From Gordius albopunctatus (lineage: Eukaryota), in the NCBI GenBank assembly GCA_964276515.1, contig OZ193909.1:13082001-13146000 (forward strand): 64,000 nt of DNA. The letters are read 5' to 3'. Within the stretch, counting starts at the first letter, position 1. Every line of letters begins with the position of its first letter. The notes under the pieces were generated by a model that saw only the letters and a program-made list of their open reading frames with translations, had not been told where the DNA came from and did no database searches. Positions 38,330 to 52,855 of this stretch are shown here, piece by piece. A program made the translations under genes and the position numbers.

Positions 38330-39952
38330 TAGAGACCTGCACGGCCCGGCTTTTGCTTGGTTGGCCCGCCCGCTTCAAAAACTTCTAGGCCCGGGCCCGG
38401 CCCACTGAAAAAAAGAAAAATTTGGCCCGGGCCCGGCCCTAAACATTTTTTGCAAAACCCAGGCCCGGCCCGGGCCCGTATAAATTTTTTTTTTGCAAAT
38501 TTTTAAACGATTGTTATTTTTTTATTAAAAAGTTAATTCAATATTCAGTAATATATGTTAAAAACATCAATACTGGAGCATTGTCCAACAAAAAGGATTC
38601 ATTAAAAGCCCCTTTAAGTACATTATTAATCTGGTGAGCTTTACAATCCAATCACCTATAATTGCGAAGTGCGTTGATTATATTTGCACCTTGGTCTGAT
38701 ACAAAGGTAATTTTAAAAATATCATTTTGTGTTAATCCAAAAGATGTAAATTTATTTTGAATTTCAATTTTTATGTTTTCTCCACTTTTTTTCATATGGA
38801 AATTGTGAGGTAAATAGTATCCTTTTTATAAGTTTTTCATTAATATAATGAATGCTCAACGTTATATATGAGTTTTTTGTATAATCTTCAGTCCACATAT
38901 CTGTTGTGGCTGAACATAAACCTTTTTGCACATAAGATATTATTTCTGGTAATATCTGTTTCCTTATGGCATCAGCAGACTGGCTAACATATCTGGCTAT
39001 AGTAGTTGGATCAGGAAAAATTTCTTTAACATTAACTTGCCCTGGTGTTACATTATTTATTAAAAACTGGCAAAAGTCTTGAAATCCTTTTTTGCCAAAA
39101 ACTTCAAATGGTCTTAAATCTTTGGCACAAAATTTTATGGCTTCATCAATTACTTTGGTTTTTAAAAGCTTTGCTTTTTTCGTATCCATTGCTGAAACAT
39201 ATTGATCCATTGTTCCAGATGTTGATTCAACACTACATTTGTGTCGTTTGAGGTGGGAGGTACCATAAGAGGGTTGATAGGACAGATATTTTTTGCAAGT
39301 TTTGCAAATGCACACCCTTGCTTGGTTATTGTTTTCGTCCAAGAGGATATCAAACCTTTTCCATACACCACTCTTTAAGTTATGATTCAATTTGATTTTA
39401 AGATCTTTAGCTTTTCTTTTGGTAGCATTATTTAATTCTTCCGACATGTGTAATGTACTATAAGCAATTTGTTTAGATAAGAAAAACGTTATTTTACAAT
39501 TTAAAACAATGTTAAAGATTGAAAATTTAAAATAATCATAAAAATACTTGTTGTAAAATATAGCTGTAGTTTACTTTGCTGAATATTCAAGTCTTACTTA
39601 TAAAGTATCAATTCAAATCAAATTTCGCAGTACTTTTTGTAAATGTATGAATGAAAAAGGAAAAGTAAGTGTGTTTGTGTTGCGTATTAGGACACAAAAA
39701 AATAAATTTAAATTAATAAAAAAACAGTTTAAATATAGTTTGTCTTTGTTTAAGTTGTAATTATTTTAAGGTATTTATTACGAAACAAATAAAAAATTAA
39801 CTATTTTGCAACGAGCTTTTAACGGGCCTAGCTAAATCTAGGCCCGGCCCGCTTTATTTGTCGGCCCGCCCAAGCCCGGCCCGTTGTTTTTTTTAAGTCC
39901 AAAGCCCGCCCATACCCGGCCCGCGGGCCGGGCCAGGCCGTGCAGGTCTGTA
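38330..39952 (-). mobile_element. hAT (Hermes/hobo-like) transposon, 3'-deleted transposase pseudogene
   Basis: TIR TAGAGACCTGCACGGCC / GGCCGTGCAGGTCTGTA; perfect TSD CTCCGTAT; ORF 39447-38764 with BED finger, DLRPF and TTDMWT; after a frameshift SDQGAN and CKAH with an in-frame stop. Confidence 0.95.
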
Positions 39953-40200
39953 CTCCGTATAGACGTAGCCTATTTGCTATGCAATTTATGGGCGAGAAAG
40001 GTGGGAAGGGGCGAGAGTGCCTATAGGAGGGTATTAAATGCAAAATTATTAGTTAATTATTAATTTATACAAATATTTAAAAAGTTAAATGGTATTAACA
40101 AGAACGATATATTAATTTAATTTAAATAAGAATAAAAATTTTGCCCTCTCAAGGATTCGAACCCACATTAGTAAAGGCATAGGTTTTTGTAGGGCCACAG

Positions 40201-40266
40201 GGACTTGTGGGATTCGAACCTACGAGCTAATGAAGCTCACACATTCAATCAACTGAGCCATTAGAC
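40201..40266 (-). pseudogene. tRNA-derived sequence (pseudo-tRNA or SINE head)
   Basis: Minus strand A box TGGCTCAGTTGA and B box GGTTCGAATCC; acceptor stem does not pair and the middle loop is only 5 nt. Confidence 0.45.
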
Positions 40267-41199
40267 TTCAAAAAATGTTTTACCCATTACTTATATATAG
40301 CTACCACTTGTTACAATTAAGATAAAAGCAAAAAATATTAGTATAGGTTAAAAAAGACGAAGAGGGCGACCATCAAAAGCTAAATTTTATTGCGTTTTAT
40401 ATATTTTATTGTATTTTAATAAAAGATAATTAAAAGCATCATGGGCGTAGCCAGGTTTTGAATTAGGGGGGGGGGGCAGATTCAAAAAAAAATTCCTGAG
40501 AGCAAAAAAAAGGTCTCAAAAATTATTAAAACTCGGTAAAAAAAGGATAGATGTTATTTTAGCGTAAGTTTTTATAAGGACCATAAAGCCCGAGCGGGAC
40601 CTCGAGACTTGCCGACGGCTTGTTTTTATATGGTCAGGCGGGCACCTCAAGAGTATTCGGTCTTAATAGGTTTTTCTTTAATTTATTTACTTTGTTTTGG
40701 CGTAATATTAATTTTGGCTTTGATAATTTAATAATGATAATTATTTTACTATCGGGGGAAAAAATATAGAGAATTCATTTTGTCGCTAAATTGGTTCCAT
40801 AAAGAGTATTTACTGTTTAATTAACAGTAAAATTATAGACTTTTTCCTAGATGGAAGAATTTAAATTATTTTTTTAAACTCCAAAAATCTCTAACAATCT
40901 TGGAGCTCCGTCCGCCCCCTCGACATTTATTAAATAATAGTGTTTGTTTCTTAATTTTGTTTACAATATATATCCTCAATATTATTTTTAGTTTTGACAA
41001 TTTCAAAATTATTTCCAAAGGATCGCGAATACAAAATATAAACCCAAACCAGGAGCGAATTTATCTAACTTTTGCCCCAGAATCCGCCCTTTTTTTGTCG
41101 GGTCAGCAGGAAAGATTACCGCAAAATAAATATCTAATTACAGGGAAGGGGGGGGGAAATTTTGTGTCAAAGTTCGAATAAACAAAAACTTATTAAATT

Positions 41200-41540
41200 A
41201 TTAAAATCTCACTTTAGCCAGTGGTCATTTTTTTATTGATCAGTAGCCAGCAAACGTCCAACTAGCCTATATTTAAAATATAGAGAAAAAATTGCTACAC
41301 TTTGGCCAGTAGTCATTTTTTTTATTGGCCAGTACCAAGAGACGGTTTATAAATACATACGAGTCGAAAAAAACGAGGAAAAAATTTAGATTCACACTTT
41401 GGCCAATGATGATTTTTTTCCCATTGGTCAGCAGCCAGCCATATTATCAATGGTATTAACAAGAACAAAATATTAATTTAATTTGAAAAAAAAATAAAAA
41501 TTTGCTCTCTCCGCGATTCGAACCCACATCAGTAGAGGAT
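41200..41540. repeat. Internal subrepeats of the HINE-like family
   Basis: Three CACTTT(G/A)GCCA..GGTCATTTTTTTATTG units and CTCTCCGCGATTCGAACC, as at 19560-19745. Confidence 0.65.
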
Positions 41541-44500
41541 TTTAAATTTTTCAAGTGTATAATGTCAAAAGTTACATATGTTTTATCCCAAAAAAAACAG
41601 ACCGATGTTAAACAATCCTGAATTTTGGACTATATTTGCGATCTGAAAATTGCGATTTCTTATTCAGTCCAAAAAATAACGAAGTGATGTTTATTATTTA
41701 TGTAATCGTAGACTACGTGATCCATATTTTAGCGCAAATTTTCAGACGGCCATATATAATTACGATCTCAGGGATGGTATTTGGGGTCATAATTACCCCA
41801 AACATGTTTTTCTATATAAACTTGTCAAAATTTACAAGAATAATATTTACACTCTTATACGTTCATTAATATATTAATTTGGCTATTCTATAATTAGAGC
41901 AACCCCCAAAATTTTTCCTTAATGAATATTTTAGCTCATACCCAAAAAATATATTTTATTTTATGGTTTAATCAATAGGATTATATAAAAGAAAGTTGAA
42001 ACTAAATATAAATACAAAGAAAATAGAGATGTTCAAACTTATGCAATTTTGGGCCTTTTATTTTTTAAGGCAAAAAAAGTTAATATTGGTCTTAACTCAT
42101 ATTGTGTAAATTTCTCTATACTCTTAGCTATTTCATCTGCAATAGGTATTTTAGACAATCAAGAGGAGTTTGAAGAGATATTTTAAGGTAATTTTGTTAC
42201 AAAGTATTAAAAGCAGATATTTTAACGAATTATCTTACAATTAAGTGATGTGGAGATGGTGAAGGATGAGGCTTGTGCTCAAGACCTGCAAGAAAAAACT
42301 AATGTTGATTTGCTACACATCTCTCAGGGTAGAGAGTGTATGAAACAAATAAAAAATACGTTTCTATTAATTATAATATAAATAGTCTTATAGCTCAATA
42401 TACAAATGTATCTAACCCTATGCCCCTTTTTTCATATGTTGATGCCATCTCTAATTATATGCACTTACAAGGTTATGATGCCCCGTTGTATGATGGAATT
42501 GATTTACAATAATAAATATAAATTTGTTTAATTTCTAAATACAAGCTTGAAGATATGTTTATATTTTGCGCTGCATGTAGTTTATATTTACTCATAGACC
42601 ATCTTATATTAGTTATTAGACTTAATTGTATATTTTAGGAAATTTATAGCATCTCACTAAATATTTTGGAATGTCTTAACGGTTCATTTGCATGTCTAAA
42701 CAAATGCTTGCCAATAATGTGGGTTGTTGAGATGATACATTTAATACTTCTGGGCCTATAATAAAAGATAGCATATATAATATTCACGTCTTAAATATGG
42801 CAAAGCTCTATAAAAGTAACGCAAGGAAATTTTAATTACCTTTAAATACTTAACAGATAATGGCGATACTCATTTGAGTTTCCGGATACTAAAGATAAAT
42901 ATGGCAATAGATGTTATTAAAGTTGACTAGGACATAATTATATTTATTATGAATAAATAAATTCTATATCAGCTTAATTTATACAAATAAATTGTCTCAG
43001 TTGATTCTAGCTAATTCTAACATAAACTAACAAGAACTATAAAAAATTTATAATAACTTTTTGATCGAATATCTTTAAAATGGTTCTCATCCAATGCCCC
43101 CCCCTCTTTATTATAAGCTCGCCTTTATAACAAACCTATGCTTATACTTGTTATTTAGCTGCAGCATATATTTATAACATAGAATTTTTTATAATTATGG
43201 CTTATATTCATGAGTGATTCTTTTAACTACTTTCCTACATTATTTTACATACTATTTATTTCTAAATGTAACAATAGTATGTTTTATTGTATTAAGCTTA
43301 TTTTACTTATACCATATTGTACATTGAATTGAACACAGTAGTGATAATATTTATTCATTTTATGTATATAATTAACTTTATTATATGTTATTTAAATCCG
43401 ATAGATATTACAACAGATATAATATGCACCAGTGATAATATATATTCATTTATATATATAATTAACTATTGTTTTATTTTAGTTATTTAAGATACATATT
43501 ACAACAGATATAAAATGCAGGACGTTTAATAGCATTACTCTAACTTTAATTAAGCTATATATGCAAATTGAACCAATTAATAGTAACACATGTTCATTAA
43601 TTATTAACTATTATTATTATTAACAGTTACATCTAATTTATTTGTTACAATGTAATTAAAACGTTTTATATAATATAAAATATAATAATAAACGTTTTAT
43701 AGCATTACTATAACTTTAATTAATCTATGTATACACATTGAACCAATTGATAATAATACATGTTCATTAATTATTAACTATTATCATTATTAACAATTAA
43801 ATTTAATTTATTTTATACAATATAATTAAATATATATGTTTATATGTACAAATTAAATATTTCATGATTTTAATTTGATTCATGTATACAAAAATTTTAA
43901 TGGATGTACCCGAATCACTTTATGTTCCTTGACACCGATTCCGTCAATGGAGCATGTTGCTCGCTTACGTACCAAGTCAAACGTTATCAAGACACTAATT
44001 ATAAAACAACTAAAAATACCTAAAAAGTCCTAAAAATGTTTATTTACAAACATAAACAATAAAAGCTCAAAATAAAATTTATATGCCCCGTAATAAGAAA
44101 AGATGTTTATTGATATTATTTTGCTTCTATATATAGGTTTTTTAGTTTGAAAAGAAGTATCTTTTAGAATTTCCACTCTTCTCTATATTTTTAATAAAAC
44201 TTTAACAGACTCAATATTTACATTTCTTAACCTTAACTACATGTCCAATTCAATCAAAAATTATATCTAAGCCAATATAAATTTTTTATTATATAATAAA
44301 ATTTACTAAATTAAAAAAACTAATACAATTAGAGTTAGGCAATTATAATTAAATTATTTTTTTATGCTAAGGATTTATATTATAATATCCTTGCACCCTT
44401 TTTTATATAATAACTTTTATACTAAAATATTGTTTATTATTTTATCTTTATTTTTATATTTTGAATAGGTACCAAAATGCGGTACTATTAAACATTTGAC

Positions 44501-44662
44501 TTTATAACGTTTGACCCCGATTCGTTGCTTAATCCTCGAATTCGGCATTTTCCCAAAATACAATGGGACAAAATACAAATAATCTTGAAACCGTTTCAAC
44601 CGTACACGTCAATCATCGAAGCGACAAATTTCATTTTTGCACATTCCCACGCATTTTAAACA

Positions 44663-44851
44663 ATGACATTAATATATAAAGTTTATGAGTTTCAATATCA
44701 TAAAACCAACCAAGGCAAAAAAGGTCAGATTTATCTGAAATGTCGCATTAAAAAATGTGGCGGACGTGGGACCTATAATAATGGGATTTTCCATCTAACA
44801 CGTGAACATACAGATATTCCTCATAGTAATTTTGCTATACATACCCTATAG
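44663..44851 (+). pseudogene. FLYWCH zinc-finger fragment (MULE-derived)
   Basis: LIYKVYEF...YLKCRIKKCGGRG...H...H. Confidence 0.6.
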
Positions 44852-44859
44852 TTTTTTAG

Positions 44860-45610
44860 GTTATCCTACATCTACTGCTATAGAAATTAATGCAATTCAA
44901 ACAGCACATTCTGATATTCTTCCTAGTACTGCTATAGCAATTCAATCCAAACATTTGCAAGTTAATAAGAGGTCTTAATAGAACAACACCAATTTCATCT
45001 ACAATTTTAAACTCATCTAATAATTGTAATTTTTTTATTTAAATGCTTAATTCTTTTTCAGGTTATCCTACATCTACTGCTATAGCAATTAATTCAATCC
45101 AAACATTATCTTATTCAGATATTCCTCATAGTAATTTAGCTATACATACCTTCTTATAGCCACAATTATGTTTATCTAGGTTGCCATTGCAGACCCTAAA
45201 TATGCAATCAATTTCTTGCAAGTTAATAAGAGGTCTTAATAGAACAACACCAATTTAATCTACAATTTTAAACTCATCTAATAATTGTAATTTTTTTATT
45301 TAAATGCTTAATTCTTTTTCATAGGTGTTATATCAATTTCAAGAGGTCTCAATCGAAAAACACTAATTATGTCTACAATTTTAAACACATCTAACAATTG
45401 TAAATATTTAATTTCAATTCTTAATTCTTTTTTCATAGGTGTTATAGCATGTTCAATAGGTAGTAGAACAACATAAATTATGTCTCCAATTTTAAACACA
45501 TCTAACAATTGTAAATATTTAATTTCAATTCTTAATTCTTTTTCCATAGGTGTTATAGCATGTTCAATAGGTAGTAGAACAACACCAATTATGTCTACAG
45601 CCATTAACAC
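44860..45610. repeat. Degenerate ~120-bp tandem repeats
   Basis: Recurring CTACAATTTTAAAC(A/T)CATCTAA..ATTGTAA...CTTAATTCTTTTTCA. Confidence 0.75.
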
Positions 45611-45767
45611 TTCTAATACTCAAACCAGTAAGCTCTTTTAAAATACTTTCTGCTATTTAATAAGTTTCAATATTAGATGCACAACTAATGGTTGACGCTT
45701 TACATAATGTACAAACCAATGCAGGTATTTAATATTACTTTTTAAAAACTTTTTGTCTCTAGCCATT

Positions 45768-46730
45768 ATGCAGTTTGTACCTTCGCAAAAAAATGGCTTT
45801 TTGTTGTATTATCATGGGTATCTATACCACAAGCTATCTAAAAGCGAGAATACCATCTATTATCACTGCAGGACTAAAGGGTGCCCCGGAAAAGCTAAAA
45901 TTAGAACTTTTCCACAAGCTGTTCATGGGCACAACCATGAACAAGCTAGAGAGGATTTTGAATACCTGATTACCCTTAGGGACATGGAAAGGGCTGTCCT
46001 TGAAAATCCCAAGGAGCCATTGAGCCATGTTTATAACCGAATCATTGCACAAAGGCTTCGGGATGTCCCGGACTTAGATAGATATCCAAAGTCAACTCCG
46101 ACTTTCAAATCTATTAAAAAACCATGCGTAGGGTTAATCCTTCCTGGTGTGACCGTTAAAGGTATTTATCTTTTATAAAATACTAATCTAATTTAGGTTG
46201 CCTTTTCCATTATTCGCAAGCCATTTTTAGGAGGCTTGGGAGTGATGGGATTCGACCTATTTACGACCGCGATCCATATTTCAGAACTTTAGTAAGAAGG
46301 ACATTAACACTTCCATTCTTGCGTATTAATGATATGAGGGCCGTTTTTGACCTCATTAGCAAAGATCCTATAGTGACGTTTTTTAAGTATGTTGAATCAA
46401 CTTGGGTCGGATCCTCTGCTAATTTTGATCATTCGATATGGAAGAGGGTTGATACTGACGGGCCTAGGACAAACAATCATCTTGAAGGCTACCACAACAG
46501 CCTGAAAATTCTTGTAGGCCAGGCTCATCCGATAATATATGATTTTATACATTCTTTAATTCATGTTCAATCTAAATGCGAATCAAACAAGGAAAGCAAG
46601 TATTTCCTGTAAATAGAAAATATGATATAAATTCGAATATAAATCGCTTGCGGCATTTATACCTCCATAATGATATCGAATTATTGGAATATCTAGATGA
46701 AATATCGATTTACAATCTCATGACGCACCA
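45768..46730 (+). pseudogene. MULE (Mutator-like) transposase pseudogene: FLYWCH domain, internal deletion at ~46140, 35-bp intron 46162-46196, C-terminal part
   Basis: LLYYHGYLY...YYHCRTKGC...HNH; spliced K-G|CLFHYSQAI (CxxH); PRTNNHLEGYH. Confidence 0.85.
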
Positions 46731-48639
46731 CCCGCATGTCAATAAATATATTTGTTATATGATTTCATTAAGATTTGTTTTTGGCACTTTATATCCCTTT
46801 TTAAAATATTAAATAGCTCATATTTAAATTATTCGATATAGAAGCTTTTATAACTGTAAATTAAAGCATTAGACAAAATGTAATTATTAAGAAGTCTCAA
46901 TACAAGTAGATTATTTTTATTTAAGAAACATGAATTTAATTACAATAGTCAATAAATAATGGGCTCGTGTAACTATCCGAATTTCGGTCCTTTTAGACAA
47001 CTATATTGATAAAATAAAACGATAAAATGGATAAAATAAAACGATAGAGTTAAAATAATTTTTGCGGTTTTTCGGCTCCTATTTCCTTCCAGGATGAGTA
47101 TTATCTTTCCAAAATATATTTTTCGGGATCCTCTAGGTCTCGACCAACCTAAAAATAGATTTTGAGTTGGAGTTCCGGAAGTCGGCCATGTTTTTAGCTA
47201 ATGTAATTATTGTCGAATTTTTGGTCGTAAGAAGCTTTTTTCCGGTTTGAATTCGTGTCAAAAAAATTCGAACGAGACGTAGAAATGTTGCTCGAGGTCA
47301 GGTTCATCAAATAAAGCAGGGAGATCGAGGTATCTATCTAGTTCGGCCAAAATATACGCCATTTTGTTATAAATTTTTGAGTCAATTTTCGAGTTGGCGC
47401 GCTTTAGAAGCCATTTTCGAGATCCAAACCTCAGTCATTTTAAACCATATTTTCTAATTTATAGTTCAAACCTCATGCTACCTAAATATAATAATTTTTT
47501 GACATATAGATTGATTTTAAATATCTAAATCGCGGTTTTAATCTCCTTTACCCTTAAAAAACGCCGAAATTTCGACTTTAAAAGTTAATAAAACCAAAAG
47601 TTGTTGACCAAAACTCTTAATTTTTACTTTAAAATGTCGGGCAGGTTGAGGACTAAGTTTTTGGAATTTTTGGGCCTCCGATAGTCACGGCCAAAAATAT
47701 AGGCACGAATAAAGCCGCTAAAACTGTATGCAAAAACTCGTAGTCATTTGTGTACATTTTTATCCATACTATATATTTCCATATATTTTTGAGAATTGTT
47801 TTAGGATATACGTTGTAAAACAATAATTTGGCATCCTTAGACCCACTAAAGTTCGTAACAAACGATATTCATAATTATCCACCATCTTGGAAAGCTTTAA
47901 ATCGTACTTTCGGTCATTCGCCATATTAGAATTTTGGCGCAAAACTCATTAAAATGGCGTTTTAACACTAAAAAATTATGGAAAATATTCCTTGTGGTAA
48001 CTTTTCTGACGCCTCCGACTATAAGTTTTGCCTCTGGTCAACTCAATTTTAGTCAAATATATCACTGATTCCACCGTCAACTTAACATAAAACTTATATT
48101 TTAACTAAAAGTATTCAACCAAACCCTCATCAACTGAGCTTAAATTACAAAATACCATCGCAAACTTGATAATATTCCATGTGCTAACTTTTCTGACGCC
48201 TTCGACTTTAAGTTTTGCCTCTCATCAACTTAATTTTAATTAAATATATCATTAATCCCATCAAAACTTGAATTTTAGTAAAAGTAATCAATCAAACCAC
48301 CGTCAACTTAGCTTAAATTTTAAATGTAACCTCTCGTCAACTTAATTTAACCTAAAATTATAATTACATTAAGAATTTATCCTCTGGTCAACTCACTAAA
48401 AAGTTAAATTATTAGGTATCAATCCTCTCGTCAACTCAACTCAAACTAAAATATTAAATTCAGATTTCTCATCGTAAACTTACGATTTAAACCTATTAAA
48501 TCCTTTAAATAAGCAGTTAATAACTCAAAGCTTCAATTACATTTTTTATAATGTATTTAATCCTATGCTACAATAATCTATACCACAACATCTTATATAA
48601 ACTCTTAAGGTATTCTGTTAACACACTTTGTATTTAAAC

Positions 48640-49608
48640 CAGGCGCGTAGCCAGGATTTTCTCAAGGGGCCAGAAAGATTCAAAAAAATTTCCGACACTT
48701 TTATTTTTAATATAACAAAAATAAACTTCGCGTACAATATGACAAGGGCTTTCAACTTTTGATCCCCTTTACCACCATACCTTGGTCCAAAGAACACACA
48801 AAATTTACAATAAGCACCATTTTCTCGGGGAGAATAGGAGAGCCAGCTCCATTTATGAAACCAAGAGAAATTAAATTTCAGCTTTTTAGCTGTTTCATCA
48901 CGAGGGAAATTGAATAAAAGTGGTGGTTGATAAATTTTATCAAATTCTGCCAACTTATCTTCATAATGTTGTATGGTGTTAACATACAAAGATATGTCAT
49001 ACGGCTGTTTTACAAATTTTAATTAACTCTAAAAATAAACTAAAAAAGATAAAATTATACATATACATATACCATTTGACTTTAGAATAGTTGAGGCATT
49101 TTCATCAATATTATTGTTTAAGGCAATAGGTGTAAGTGTTTCAATTGATATTGAATCTTCTTCTTGTTCTTCATCATCTAGAAATTTTTAAAATTGGCAA
49201 TACAATGTAATCACAATAAAAATTAATATATATAAGAGATCAATACTATATAAACATAAAATAAAAGCCTAAGTCACTTACTAGAAATACCAGGGTTTGG
49301 TATTTTAAGGGGGAAAAATTTTTGTATAGAATTCTTCATAATTTACAACTCTTAGGGGCAATCATACATACATACATTTTACAATCAACGGTGGAAAATT
49401 ATAATGTTGGGTGCAAGTCGAAAATTAAATTCTAAAAATTGAATGTATATATTATGTTTACAGACTTTTATAAGTATCTCAAAATCTTTTATGCAACTAA
49501 ACTATAATATTTCAACCCATTTAATCTAATTATTAAACAAAAAAATTTTCAAATTTTGGTCAAGGGGCCAGAAACGTCCCACTTTCTGGCCCCTTGGCTG
49601 CGCGCCTG
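48640..49608 (-). mobile_element. TTF-type hAT derivative (copy 2)
   Basis: Same TIR/TSD as 26011-26979. Confidence 0.9.
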
Positions 49609-50187
49609 ATTTAAACCTATTAAATCCTTAATATTAAAAATTGGTAATAACTAAAAATTTATAACATTAGATTTTTTACAATGTATTTAATCCTATACTA
49701 CAATATTCTACGCTATAACAACTAAAATAAACTCTTAAGGTATTCTGTTAATACACTTTGTATTTAAACCTATTAAATCCTTAAAATTAGCAGTTAATAA
49801 CTCAACACTTCAAGTTATTAGATTTTATATAATGTATTTAATCCTATGCTACAATAATCTACGCTCTAACATCCAATATAAACTTTTTAGGTATTCTGCT
49901 AACATATTTTATATTCAAGCCTATTAAATTCTTCATATATAAAACTGGCAATTAGTAATAAATTCATATTATTAGATTTTATATGGCAGTTTAACCTTAA
50001 TCGTATAAAACAATTTATTTATTTTTATATACCTATGTTACAATACGTTAAGTTAGAACGTTTAATATAATCCTTTTTAGTATCATGTCAATTTTTTCAC
50101 CCATATGATACATCATCATACATGTCATACATTTAACTTTTATTTTGTCTCATTGAATTTTGGGCCCGATTCCTCGAATTCAATTAA

Positions 50188-51500
50188 ATGGGTTTTATTA
50201 TTTTTTATCACAACCCCTTATCAACGAAAAATGAATTCAAATTAATTTTCGCTCATAACAGAGACGAGTATTTTGATAGGCCTTCACAATCTGCATCATT
50301 TTTGCAAAATAATTCCAAGATAATATGTGGTAATTCTATAATTTATCAAGAATCTTAAAACGGAAAAATTATTATTTAATCCATACTCTAAAAATCAGAA
50401 AAAAATGCTATGTAATGATTCGAATTTTTATGTATTAAGGTAAAAATACATATTTTGTGAGGATTACTAAGATAAATTATTAAGTTTTAGATTAGAATGA
50501 TTAATAAAGTCATATGGACAAATGGATTAATTTTTATCAAATATTTAATGTATTTTTTATATAATTTAAATAAAATTTAATTTCTAAAGGAAGGGATTTG
50601 ACCAAAAATGGAACATGGTTGGGAATTTGTAAAAAGACTGGTTGTTTAGCCACAGTGCTTAATATACCAAACACAAGGGGAGATTGTTATTTGAACTTAG
50701 AGAACACTAAGAGTCGGGGTTCATTATGTCTTGATTTTTTGGAAGATTCTAATTATTCCAATCGCCTATGTGATTTCAAAAATACTGTGAAAAAATATAG
50801 AAATTTAAGATTCACCCTATTACTCTTCAAAGATATCATTCAATATCCTCATATTTATTATTATAATAACTTACGCCGCGAAGAATTGTATAAACTAAAT
50901 CCCGGCATATATGCCTTTGGTAACTCAAAAGTTCCAGAGTCATCATTAAATACAGATACAGATAATATGGTAACAACTGCAAGTTGTGTTGAGCTTCCTC
51001 GATTGAAAAAATTGGCAAAGGGTAAAGAAATATTTGCAAAGATTTTAGATGATTATAAAACTACTAATCTTACAATTGAGCAGTTATCTTCCCGTCTAAT
51101 AAATGAATTATTACGTGATAAAACAAAGTAAACTTTTTCTATAATTTTAATAACATAAAATTTATTTAGCAAATATACATCCATGTTTTTTGCAACTCTC
51201 AAATTTAGAAATTCACCAGACCCTTCATACGAATCAGAATGCATAGATTATGGTTTTGGTAGTGAAGAATTGTACCAAAAATCATCAATATTTGTTGAAC
51301 CATTCAAACTTTCTTCAAAACCCAGGGCCTCACAAAAGAATCGTTGGTATGGGACCCGATGTATGAGTGTTATACTAGTTGATAGCAATAATGAAGTAAC
51401 ATTTACAGAATCATGTTTGGATATACCAAAAGACATTAATACCCTTACAGTTGTGCCTGACAAGTGGACAACAACCAAACATTCTTTTAAATTGGGATAA
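50188..51500 (+). CDS. TANGO2: TANGO2/NRDE-family protein, copy 2 (Cys2Gly); exons 50188-50329, 50590-51127, 51209-51500
   Basis: ATG GGT start; NRDE; intact splice sites and frame. Confidence 0.88.
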
Positions 51501-51995
51501 TTTAATACTTTTAATTTTGTATTCTACTAAATCTATATTTTATTTCACTTTTTATAATTCTGAAGCAATAGGTTTATTTATTACAAAATGTCTTCTATTC
51601 TGTATGATATAGAATGGACTATAGTTTTAAAGGTCAAAATTTAGCCTATTTTGATCCACAATTCAATAATTTCATAAGATATTCTAAGTTTTATAAATAT
51701 CTTATGGCTGCCAATGTGTCTACTGCCCAATATATAATTTGTTTTACAATCTATATGATATTTACCTTTAAATATGCACATCATGTTGGTATAACTATAT
51801 TAGTGGTGATATAAATGACCGAATGGTTAAAACTAACCCATCCTATTTTGGTAATAAAGTTTTAAAAGTATAAAAAAAGGTGTGAGTGCGCCAGTTATGC
51901 CAAATAAGGGGCTTAAAATTGCCCATGAGTGAGTGACTTAACGTCGATTAACATCATAACAAAATTCGAAATAGGAGGGGGGATGATAACATAGG

Positions 51996-52855
51996 TTAAG
52001 AAGTATGAAGAGGGTCAATTAATTTGCTATTTAGGCGTTCTCTAAGTTTTCGTTCTTGTTCGGATTGTTGCATCCACAGGCGGTAGTAGTAATTATTTGC
52101 GGTCCCCCCAGACCCCAAGAGAGAGTAATGCGTACCCCGTTCAACTATACCACCCTGACCCATCACTAATATTTGGTCGGCATCCATTACAGTTGTCAAC
52201 CTATGTGCTATGACGATGGAAGTCCTATTCATGGTAGCCTTGCTTAAAGAATCCTGTATGTTCTAAGGTTAAATAGATTGCTAATTTTGGTTAAGCCTAT
52301 AGTAAGTTTGGCATTATATTATTGCGTTGCCCGCCATGGAATAAGTTATATATCTTAGCATGTAAAGTAAAGTAGTCTCACTTTTAACTAAAAATAGGCA
52401 AATATTTTAGGTGTCAACTTGCGACGTTAAAATAGACATTATTTATACGACGCCAAGTAGTTTATTAATCTAGTAAGGGAATGTGACATAGCTCAATAAC
52501 ACCTTACCTAAAATTAACTATATTACTAAAGTGAACTTTAACATACAATTAAACTATAAAAATTATCGAATCTTAAACATGCATAATGCAATCTATAAAG
52601 TGTTTATAACAAAATTGAAATGACACTCAAAAAGTATTTACTTCATTTGATGAGTCATCTTTAAACTAAAATTCAATTTGTTAAATTGTCTCAAGCAAAT
52701 TACTTGGCCTAAATAAAATATGGAAAGATAGCACTATAAAAAGATTCTAACCTTTTCGGTTATGGCATCTAATGATGAAGTCGCCTCGTCGAACAAAAAG
52801 ATGGATGGATTCTTTAAAATCACCCTCGCTATGGCTATCCTCTGCTTTTCACCAC
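51996..52855 (-). pseudogene. ABCB7: ABCB7/ATM1-like last two exons (52855-52752, 52262-51996), truncated duplicate
   Basis: Same peptide as copy 1. Confidence 0.8.

Noticed and set aside
40201..40266. Functional tRNA gene
   Set aside because: A and B boxes are present but the cloverleaf is not canonical
42100..42520. Exon-like pieces with GT/AG signals
   Set aside because: Could not assemble a convincing spliced ORF or recognise a domain
45308..45610. 100-aa repetitive ORF as a repeat protein
   Set aside because: It lies in a degenerate tandem DNA repeat within a MULE remnant and shows no recognisable domain
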